Positions 54,725 to 62,144 of a DNA stretch of 64,000 nucleotides are shown here, one piece after another (positions within the stretch are counted from its first letter, which is position 1; every line of letters starts with the position of its first letter). The stretch is from a virus (Duplodnaviria > Caudoviricetes): IMG/VR virus record IMGVR_UViG_2795386114_000001, positions 1 to 64,000 of that record. One strand, given 5' to 3'. The translations under genes and the position numbers were made by a program. Below the pieces are notes generated by a model. That model had not been told where the DNA came from. It ran no database searches and saw only the letters and a list, made by a program, of their open reading frames with translations.

Positions 54725-55459
54725 TCAGGCCTTGTAGACGAACTGGGTGTTGGATCCGGCCGGGATGTCGGCCGGGTCGAATGCGACGGGCAGCTTGGAT
54801 GCGTCGATCTGTCCGTGGACCATGAGCGGGGCTGCGACCTTGGTGGCTCCCGGGTGGAAGGCGACCTCGGTGAAGAGGAATCCGCGGAAGGTCTGGGTGC
54901 CGTCGGATGCGGTGGCGGTGCCACCGGCGGTGGTGGTGGCCATGGTGACGCCGGGGCTGGTGCCGCCGGTGAGGGAGGCGGTGGCGGTGATGGAGGCGAC
55001 GTTGTCGCCGAGGTACTGGCCGCCGAAGGTGAGCGTGTAGGGTCCGCCCGCGTTGCCGGTGACGGTGATGTCGCCGGGGTTGACGTTCGACAGGGCCTCC
55101 AGCGCGGTCTGCACAGCCGCCGCGGTGGCGTTGTACGCGATCGCGCTGGTGGTCTGACCGGAGAAGGTGAGGGTGAACGTGCCGCCGGTCGGGCCGCCGG
55201 TGATGGTGGCGGTCTGGACCTCGTTGGTGACCGCGGCGTACGGCTCGTACAGCCCGGTTGACGTGTTCTTGCCGAGCGGGATGCCGGACTTCAGCTTGCG
55301 GTCGGGCTGGTAGGCGGAGGCCTCCGTCCAGTGGAGGTTCTCGTCGAAGGCGGTGAGGTCGAGGGTGACGCTGACGTTGGCTTCGATGCCGAGCATGCTC
55401 ATGAGCCACGGGCGGCCGACAGCGAGCGTCTCGGTGCTGGTGTACGGCTGGATGTCCAC
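54725..55459 (-). CDS. Head decoration protein (gpD-like) with inserted EVQT.TITG.PTGGTFTL domain
   Basis: KSGIPLGK.TSTGLYEPY...[insert]...DGTQTFRGFLF...HGQID.SKLP. Confidence 0.8.
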   Translation of the reverse strand: MDIQPYTSTETLAVGRPWLMSMLGIEANVSVTLDLTAFDENLHWTEASAYQPDRKLKSGIPLGKNTSTGLYEPYAAVTNEVQTATITGGPTGGTFTLTFSGQTTSAIAYNATAAAVQTALEALSNVNPGDITVTGNAGGPYTLTFGGQYLGDNVASITATASLTGGTSPGVTMATTTAGGTATASDGTQTFRGFLFTEVAFHPGATKVAAPLMVHGQIDASKLPVAFDPADIPAGSNTQFVYKA

Positions 55460-55499
55460 GCCGTAGCCCCTTTCGCGATGTACGCGGGTGTGTGGTGAG

Positions 55500-55521
55500 G
55501 GCACCTGTTGTGGTGCCGTCC
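55500..55521 (-). promoter_or_regulatory. Leader hairpin GGAC-GGCACC-ACAACA-GGTGCC (copy A)
   Basis: One of three covarying copies; 40 nt before the decoration gene. Confidence 0.75.
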
Positions 55522-55565
55522 ACGTGGGGTAGGGCGTGGTTCCCTTGGCTGTGCTGGTCTAGGGG

Positions 55566-56405
55566 TCAGGCTGCGTCGTCGGTGCGCAGGCCCATCCGTT
55601 GTGCCCTTTCGCGGGCGGCCTTGTGGATGGCGTCTTTGGTGCTGGCGGGCTGTCGGGGTGCGTTGCCTCCGGCGGGGCCACCGGACGGGGCCGGCGGGAG
55701 GGTCTGCGGCGCTGGGGTGGTGCCGAACATCTCGGCGCGGCGGCCCTTGAGCTCCTCAGCGGCCTTGGTGATGTCGTCGTCCGTGGCGTCGTCCGCAATG
55801 CGCATGAGGGCGGCGGCGTCTTCGAGGTCGGCACCCGTGGCGCCGAGGGTGACGAGGGCCTGCCGGATACGGATCTCGCGGTCGCGGTCGGCGGCGGCCT
55901 TCTCCTTCGCAGCGAGTTCCGCCTGCCGGGCTTCGAGGGCCTGCTCGCGCCTGGCGAGCTCTTCGGTGCGGCGCTGCTCTTCGGTGAGCTGCTGCTGGCG
56001 GGCCGTCTCGGCTTCCTTCAGCAGCTGCCCGAACAGCTTGGGGTCGAACGTGGCCGGGTCGTAGTCGAGGCCGGCGGCTTCGGCCATCTCCCGGAACGCG
56101 CTGTGACGGGACTTGTCGTACTGGCGGGTCATGATCTGGGAGAAGCGGCCCTGGGTCATGGGCTGCCCGGTGTCCTTGTCGAGGAGGACCTGGGTGTCGT
56201 CCGTGCCGCGGGGTGCGGGGGGTGCTGCCGTGGGGGCGGGCGGCTGCGGGGTGCGGGCGGCGAGGTCGGCGGGGCTCGGCGCCGGGGCGGGCGGCGTGGC
56301 CGGGTCGCCGTTGTAGAACACGGCCAGCGACTGCATGCCGGTGTAGGGGCGGGTCCAGCCGGGGGCGGCCGGGCCGGGGCGGTGGTGCTGCGCGGGGCGA
56401 CGCAT
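55566..56405 (-). CDS. Capsid scaffolding protein
   Basis: Coiled-coil, between portal and decoration/MCP; GGGAGG RBS. Confidence 0.75.
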   Translation of the reverse strand: MRRPAQHHRPGPAAPGWTRPYTGMQSLAVFYNGDPATPPAPAPSPADLAARTPQPPAPTAAPPAPRGTDDTQVLLDKDTGQPMTQGRFSQIMTRQYDKSRHSAFREMAEAAGLDYDPATFDPKLFGQLLKEAETARQQQLTEEQRRTEELARREQALEARQAELAAKEKAAADRDREIRIRQALVTLGATGADLEDAAALMRIADDATDDDITKAAEELKGRRAEMFGTTPAPQTLPPAPSGGPAGGNAPRQPASTKDAIHKAARERAQRMGLRTDDAA

Positions 56406-56430
56406 CGAAACAAGTCCTCCCAGACTCGTC

Positions 56431-56448
56431 GTTCCAGGCCCCGCGCCT
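56431..56448 (-). promoter_or_regulatory. Late leader motif AGGCGCGGGGCCTGGAAC (scaffold)
   Basis: Identical 18-mer at 58386-58403. Confidence 0.7.
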
Positions 56449-56470
56449 AGATCCAAGTGGAGCACAGATT

Positions 56471-58369
56471 TCAAGAGGTGTTCCCCCTACTCCCCTGCGC
56501 CCCAGCGGCCGTGCCCGAATCGTCGTCCTCCAGGTCGTCGAGGTGGTCCCCGACGGCGGGCAGGACGACGGCCGGGGTCTCGGGCTCGTCGGGTGCCTGC
56601 CGGCCGAGGAACGCGGCAACCTCGTCCGGGTTTCCGAGGGCGTCAGCAAGGTCTCGGGCTTCCGTGAAGGAGCGGGCGTCAATCCGCTTGATCTCCTCTT
56701 CGGCGTCCTCGATGGGCCAGCCGATCTCCTGCAACCTGCGGATCGCGGTCTCCAGGGAGATGAGGCCGGCCTTGCGGGCGGTGGCGACTTCCTCGAGGAC
56801 CGCTGTCTTGTCCGTCGGGGTGTAGGCGCCGCGGGTCAGCTTCGCGGGGAGGACGGGGAGGCCGATCCAGTCGGGGTGCTGTCCGGCCTGGAAGAGGCGT
56901 TGCACGAACTTGGGGAGGAGCCGGTCGGCGTGGTCGCGGGCGAGGCGCATGCCGGAGATCAGGGAATCGAGCGGGCCGAGGGCGAGCTCGAGCTGGTAGC
57001 CGGAGGTGAACTGGGCGGGGTCGGCGGTGCCGAGGGCGACGGCGGGGAGCCGGGCGGTGCTGGCGGCCCGGTCCTTCAGATCGTGGACTTGGTTGCGGAG
57101 TTCGGCGAGGTTGGCGCTGGTATCGACGGTTCCGATGGAGCCGCCTTCGCCGAGGGTGAAGACGATGCCGGGGCCGGCGGTGTACTGAGACTGTGGGGTG
57201 AGGGCCTTGCCCGCGATGCCGATCATCGGGGAGCCGGTGGTGGCGGAGGCGCGGGCGGAGTCGGTGTCGGAGCCGGACAGCTCGTCGAACACCTGCAACA
57301 CCTTCGCCAGGCTGCTCTGCCCCCAGTGTTCGCCGGGCTCGGGGACGGTGTTGGGGACGTGGATGACCGGCACGAAGTCCTGATACAGGTCGAGCTGGTC
57401 GAGGACCTCGCCCTGGCCGTTGGTCGCGAAGTGCGCCTTGTCCATGGGCAGGGAGTCGATGTCGACGGGGCCTTTGAGGTCGCCGAGCTCCCAGGTGGCG
57501 TCGGTGAGGTAGACGGTCTTGTAGGAGGGCTGCTCGGACCACGGGTACAGGCGGGTGATGGCGCCCTGCCGGTCGAGGGTGTCACCGCGGGCGAGGAGAG
57601 GCTGGGCGGGCTGGTCGTCGGTCGCCTCGGACATGACCGAGGCGCGCACGGGGCGGCCGGTGCGGTCGACGCCGTTGGCGGTCTGGGGGCGGATCCAGTC
57701 GAGGTGGTAGGTGATGCGGCGCAGCCTGGCGGGGAGGTGGCGGGCCTTGTCTTCGGGGAGTTCCCACGCGAAGTGGACGCGGTCGGGGAAGTCGGAGCCG
57801 TCGGAGTCCTCGTCGATGACGGGGAAATAGAAGCCCGGGTCGTAGGTGCGGACCCGTACGCGCTGTTTGTCGGCATCCCAGTGCAGCAGGTACACCCCGT
57901 CGCCGAGGGAAACGGCCTTGCGTTCCGTCTGGAGCAGGCGCATGGGGAGAAGTTCCTCGTCGGCCCACTCGCGCAGCAGGGTCTGCACCTTCTCCGCGGT
58001 CTCCGCATCGGTGGTGGTCTGGTCTCCGCCGGCCTGCTCGGCGCCGGGCACGGTGATGGTCTGCTCGTCGCCGAGGACGTGGCTGGTGACCGTGTCGACG
58101 AACATGGACGGGTCGCCGAACTCGCGACGGTCGCGGGCGGCGTCTCCGTCACGGAACGCGGTGAGCTCGGCAACCTGGTTGTTGTCGTAGGCGGTGAGCA
58201 TCTTGTACGCGGCGAGGCGGCGTTCATCGGCGGCCGGCACCCAGGTGGCGTGGGCTTCGGGGAAGGCGCGCCGGTTGGGCATGCCGAGGTTGTCGCTGTA
58301 CAGGGGCTTGTAGTTCAGCCACGACCAGGCGTCGATGACGGCTGACTTGACGCCGGAGAAGAGGCCCAC
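56471..58369 (-). CDS. Portal protein
   Basis: SLGDGVY.L.WD, YDPGFYFP, FVPVIHVPN, WGQSSL, SGYQLEL; follows terL. Confidence 0.85.
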   Translation of the reverse strand: MGLFSGVKSAVIDAWSWLNYKPLYSDNLGMPNRRAFPEAHATWVPAADERRLAAYKMLTAYDNNQVAELTAFRDGDAARDRREFGDPSMFVDTVTSHVLGDEQTITVPGAEQAGGDQTTTDAETAEKVQTLLREWADEELLPMRLLQTERKAVSLGDGVYLLHWDADKQRVRVRTYDPGFYFPVIDEDSDGSDFPDRVHFAWELPEDKARHLPARLRRITYHLDWIRPQTANGVDRTGRPVRASVMSEATDDQPAQPLLARGDTLDRQGAITRLYPWSEQPSYKTVYLTDATWELGDLKGPVDIDSLPMDKAHFATNGQGEVLDQLDLYQDFVPVIHVPNTVPEPGEHWGQSSLAKVLQVFDELSGSDTDSARASATTGSPMIGIAGKALTPQSQYTAGPGIVFTLGEGGSIGTVDTSANLAELRNQVHDLKDRAASTARLPAVALGTADPAQFTSGYQLELALGPLDSLISGMRLARDHADRLLPKFVQRLFQAGQHPDWIGLPVLPAKLTRGAYTPTDKTAVLEEVATARKAGLISLETAIRRLQEIGWPIEDAEEEIKRIDARSFTEARDLADALGNPDEVAAFLGRQAPDEPETPAVVLPAVGDHLDDLEDDDSGTAAGAQGSRGNTS

Positions 58370-58385
58370 AGCTGTCCTTCCCGCT

Positions 58386-58403
58386 GTTCCAGGCCCCGCG
58401 CCT
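58386..58403 (-). promoter_or_regulatory. Late leader motif AGGCGCGGGGCCTGGAAC (portal), 7 nt after -10-like TACCCT
   Basis: Identical to 56431-56448. Confidence 0.7.
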
Positions 58404-58673
58404 GTGATCAGGGTACGGGCAAATGTGGGATGAGTTCCCCGCGGCCCAGGTGGGGCGCACGTTCCGGAACGTGCGCCCTCTAAGCGCATTAAGGCGGTAT
58501 TTGCACGATATGGAATGTGCTCCGTATCGCACTTCACACCAAGTTTCGGAGCATCGGGCTTAGTTGGGCTCCGCGAGTTCTAGAGTGGTCCACACGGTTC
58601 TGCGGGACCCCGTCCACCTTCCGGATCTAGATCGGGGGGAGGTCTTCCGATCATGTGAAGAAGGGGCGTGCAG

Positions 58674-58781
58674 GTGTTCGGAAACGACAAGCCGTCAGAC
58701 CTGGAGATCCTGATCCTGGTAGTCGCAGTGATCCAGTTGCAGCTGGATCTGACTCAGTGGATCAGTTCCCTCCCTGTCTGA
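58674..58781 (+). CDS. 35-aa hydrophobic peptide MFGNDKPSDLEILILVVAVIQLQLDLTQWISSLPV; candidate type I toxin
   Basis: AAGAAGGGG RBS, GTG start; ORF lies within a long hairpin; below the ORF-track length cutoff. Confidence 0.55.
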   Translation: MFGNDKPSDLEILILVVAVIQLQLDLTQWISSLPV

Positions 58782-58866
58782 CGGCTACCGTCACCCCCGG
58801 CGGTCGGCCATCCAGGTCGGCCGCCGGACTCGTTTCCGGTGCTCCCTCGCAAGGGAGCAACCCGTA
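58770..58866 (-). ncRNA. Candidate antisense antitoxin RNA (boundaries approximate)
   Basis: Minus-strand -10 TACAGT (58872-58877) followed by hairpins at 58840-58859 and 58797-58827, convergent on the peptide ORF. Confidence 0.35.
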
Positions 58867-59020
58867 CGGACACTGTAGGCATGTTGCTAGTACAGCGCTG
58901 CTGTTTCAGTGTAGAGAAATCACTTCGCGGGAAATGAAATCCCCATCTTGCTGGGCGTTCCTGGCACCAACGTAACTGATTTCACAGATCCCACATGCCA
59001 TCAGATTGTTGCTGTGCAGG

Positions 59021-60580
59021 TCATCGGCGTCCGCGCAGTCGCTGATCGCTGTAGTGCTGGGTGCCAAGTCCTTCACCTGCCGGGTCGGCGAGCGAGGTGA
59101 GGGCGTGCACGGCGGCGTCCATGCGGTCCGGCGAGTCCATGCCAGGAAGCCACGTCACCATCTGGCCCTCTAGCTCGGTGAATTCACCAACGTGGTGCAC
59201 TTTCCCTTGTTTGTACAATTGAGCGATTGGTTCGGCACGTAGGCGTTTGCCCTGTTTTGCGTGGACTTCGATAATTGAGGGCATCAGCATGCCGCTGGTC
59301 TCACCAGCGCGTACCAGTTCGGCCCAGGCCTGGCGTACGACCTGGGAGGCCATGTCGCCCCCGAAGTTGTTCTCCACGATGATCGCGTCGGCCTGGCGGT
59401 CGATGGCCAGCTTGCAGACCTCGGTACCCCAGGTGTCGGCGCCCATGGTGCGGGAGCGGTCGTCCAGGACGTACAGGTCGCCGTCGGCGTCTCTGGCGGC
59501 GCAGATGAGGCCGACTTCGTCGTTGCGGAGGGAGTCGCCGCCGGCGTGGTCGACGGCGACGACGATGCGGGTTGGGGTGATGCCGGGCCAGGCTTCGGGC
59601 CTGGTGCGGTTGCTGGTGATCCATGCCCACTTCCACACGCCGCCCTCGAGCGGGCGGGGCTTTTGCTGGTAGAGGGCGTACCAGACGCGTTCGCCGACGC
59701 TTTCGCGGATGTCTGCGAGTTCGTTGGCGTCGTACTGGTCGGGCCAGAGGGGGTCGCCGATCGCACGGTGGAGGGGGTCGTTGGGGCTGTCGGCGATGGC
59801 GGGGAGGTCGATCTGGAGCCAGCGGTGGGGTTCGTGTTGGAGGAGGCGGCCGGAGAGGTCGTCTTCGTGCCAGCGCGTGTTGATCAGGATCAAAGAGGCG
59901 CCGGGGGCGCGGCGGGTGAAGAACACGGAGCGGTACCACTCCCAGACTCGTTCGCGCTGGGCTGGGCTGGCGGCGTCGTCGTGGCCTTTGAACGGGTCGT
60001 CGATGATGCCGAGGTTGAAGCCCTTGCCGGTGAGGCCGCCGCCGACGCCTGCGGTGACCATGCCGCCGCGGACGCTTGAGCCGCGTTTCTGCTCGAGGTC
60101 GAAGCGGTTGGCGGCGTGGGAGGCGGCGTGGAGGCGGACACCGAGGACGCCGGAGTACTCGCGCAGCTGGTCGCGCACCCAGCGGCCGTGGTCGTCGGCA
60201 AGGTCGGCACCGTACGAGGCGATCATTACCCGGTGTTCGGGGTGTCGGCGCAGGTACCAGAGCGGGCCCCAGCGTGAGGCGCGCTGGCTCTTCCCGTGAC
60301 GGGGCGGGCACGTCAGCATCACTTGCAAGCGTTCCCCCGCGGCGATCCGCCGGAAAGCGCTGTCAATCATGTCCAGGTGGGGGGCCTGCTTCTCCCGACG
60401 CTCGGTGAGGACCGCGGCGAGCGCGCCCGGGGAGCGGTCCATCGCCATCTCGCGTTCGATGCGCGCGAGCTTGATGCGGGTCTCCGGGCGTGCCCTGGCC
60501 ACGACGCGGCGCCGCTGGGCGGGCGGAAGCGTCCGGTACTTCTCCTCAAGGGACGCCTGCCGTTCAGGCGCTGTCGTCAT
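59021..60580 (-). CDS. terL: Terminase large subunit
   Basis: PPRHGKS Walker A, IIDDP Walker B, TRWHEDDL, YQQ.P, VAVD, ENNFGG, PDRMDA. Confidence 0.95.
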   Translation of the reverse strand: MTTAPERQASLEEKYRTLPPAQRRRVVARARPETRIKLARIEREMAMDRSPGALAAVLTERREKQAPHLDMIDSAFRRIAAGERLQVMLTCPPRHGKSQRASRWGPLWYLRRHPEHRVMIASYGADLADDHGRWVRDQLREYSGVLGVRLHAASHAANRFDLEQKRGSSVRGGMVTAGVGGGLTGKGFNLGIIDDPFKGHDDAASPAQRERVWEWYRSVFFTRRAPGASLILINTRWHEDDLSGRLLQHEPHRWLQIDLPAIADSPNDPLHRAIGDPLWPDQYDANELADIRESVGERVWYALYQQKPRPLEGGVWKWAWITSNRTRPEAWPGITPTRIVVAVDHAGGDSLRNDEVGLICAARDADGDLYVLDDRSRTMGADTWGTEVCKLAIDRQADAIIVENNFGGDMASQVVRQAWAELVRAGETSGMLMPSIIEVHAKQGKRLRAEPIAQLYKQGKVHHVGEFTELEGQMVTWLPGMDSPDRMDAAVHALTSLADPAGEGLGTQHYSDQRLRGRR

Positions 60581-61103
60581 CCTCGTCCTCTTCGGCGTCC
60601 TCCAGCGCTTGGTCTTCGTCGTCCAGGTCGGCGTCGGGGTCGATGACCGGGATCTCGGCGTGTTCCTGGTCGGAGATGTCGATGAGTGCCATGAGCTCGG
60701 CTGCCTCGCCGGAGGAGAACGGGATGGCACCGCCGTCGGGGCCGGAGATCTCGGTGCGGACGGGGACCTTGAGGCCGAACAGGTCGGTGATGTCGGCGAT
60801 GTACTTGCGGGCCTGCTCGCCTGCCTTCAGGTCGGCTTCTCCGGTTTCGCCGACTGCGGCCGGCCAGACGGCGCGCAGGAGTTCCTCCAAGCGGGCGCCT
60901 TGGACGAAGCGGTACAGCTCGGCGTCGTGGACCTCGAGCTCCTTGGCCTTCTTGATGGCGCGGGAGAGGTCGGAGCGTGCGGTTGCGCGGGAGATGTTGA
61001 AGTGTTCGGCGATCTGGGCGGCGGTGCGGCCCTGGATCTTCATGATGAGCATCTCGCTGCGCCGCTGGGCAACGACGGCCTGCTTGGCCTTTGAGGGTGG
61101 CAT
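60564..61103 (-). CDS. terS: Terminase small subunit
   Basis: HTH GRTAAQIAEHFNISRATA, LFGL, TEISGPDGGAI; overlaps the terL start. Confidence 0.8.
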   Translation of the reverse strand: MPPSKAKQAVVAQRRSEMLIMKIQGRTAAQIAEHFNISRATARSDLSRAIKKAKELEVHDAELYRFVQGARLEELLRAVWPAAVGETGEADLKAGEQARKYIADITDLFGLKVPVRTEISGPDGGAIPFSSGEAAELMALIDISDQEHAEIPVIDPDADLDDEDQALEDAEEDEDDDSA

Positions 61104-61136
61104 GGCGGTGGGGCTCCCGCTCGTGTGTGGTTGTCG

Positions 61137-61148
61137 GGCCCCGCGCCT
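61137..61148 (-). promoter_or_regulatory. Late leader motif AGGCGCGGGGCC (terS)
   Basis: 12-bp core shared with the portal and scaffold leaders. Confidence 0.6.
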
Positions 61149-61217
61149 GCAACGAATGATCGCCGATTTCCTCGTTTGTGTTCCCCCTGACGGGGTGTGA
61201 GGGGGATGCTGCCCGGC

Positions 61218-61919
61218 ATGAACGTGATGCGTAGGGGGTGGGCTCCCGTGGTTGCCGGGGCGGCCGTGGTGGTGTTGGCGGGCTGCGGGGGCGGCTCGGA
61301 CGAAGGGGGGAAGCCGGAGACGTCGCTGTCGGCGAGCGTGGAGACGGCGCCTTCGGATGATGGTCTGTCTGGTGATGACCTGACGGAGGAGGAGCCGGCG
61401 GATGAGTATCCGGATACGGATGCGTCGCTGGCGTTCGATGAGAAGGCCGCCGGGGAGGGGTGGGAGGTGGACGGGTACGTGCAGCCGTCGGAGTACGTGC
61501 TGATGATGTGCGAGTCGATGGATGCGTGGGAGCCGGGTGCCGCTCAGACCCTCGCTCAGAATCATGTGCCGGACATGACCGATGTGGAGAAGTCGGTGCT
61601 GAAGGCGGGGGCGAAGCCGTTGTGCCCAAAGCATGCTTCGGAGGTGGCGGAGGCTTTGGGCGGGGATGTGTCGGTGCGGACGATGTCGTCGGGCACGTAC
61701 GAGATCGTCAAGGGTGCCGGGCTGGGGGAGGGTGTGGCGCCGCCGGGGACGTACAGGACGTCGGGGGATCTCGAGGGCTGCTACTGGGAGCGGACGACGA
61801 AGGCCGGGGGCATTGTCGACAACCAGTTCGCTACGGCTGCGCGTGAGATCAAGGTGACGGTGAGGGCGGGTGAGTTGTTCACGTCTCGGAAGTGCGGGAC
61901 GTGGACGTTGGTGAAGTAG
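61218..61919 (+). CDS. Lipoprotein
   Basis: Signal peptide with lipobox LAG-C, acidic linker, C..M...LCP domain, PGTYRT...CYWER...F.S..CG.W domain. Confidence 0.85.
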   Translation: MNVMRRGWAPVVAGAAVVVLAGCGGGSDEGGKPETSLSASVETAPSDDGLSGDDLTEEEPADEYPDTDASLAFDEKAAGEGWEVDGYVQPSEYVLMMCESMDAWEPGAAQTLAQNHVPDMTDVEKSVLKAGAKPLCPKHASEVAEALGGDVSVRTMSSGTYEIVKGAGLGEGVAPPGTYRTSGDLEGCYWERTTKAGGIVDNQFATAAREIKVTVRAGELFTSRKCGTWTLVK

Positions 61920-61937
61920 CCGGCCCGGAGACGTCAG

Positions 61938-62086
61938 ACGGCCCCGTGCGCCAGCCAGGGGGATTGGGTGGCTTACGGGGCCGTTGTGCTCGGGTGCCGG
62001 GTGGGGTGGGCGGTCCCGAGCGGTCTGGGGGTGTGCACGGCCCGGGGGTCCTTGGCGCGGGGACACTAAGGGTCCGGGCCGTGCAC
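61938..62086. terminator. Three consecutive stem-loops between the convergent lipoprotein and traB genes
   Basis: 61938-47/61975-84, 61988-94/62015-21 and perfect 14-bp 62032-45/62073-86. Confidence 0.6.
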
Positions 62087-62144
62087 AACTGATGGTGGCG
62101 TACGGATCGCGGTTTGTCTGAGGTGCCTTCCCCCCCCCAGGGGG

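Noticed and set aside
58655-58975. 106-aa plus-strand ORF in the terL-portal gap
   Set aside because: Atypical codons and no RBS; the nested 35-aa ORF in another frame has the RBS and a coherent hydrophobic profile.
62130-62138. Poly-C tract (9 C) as a phase-variation site
   Set aside because: Intergenic, downstream of the traB stop; no frame or promoter spacing for it to alter.
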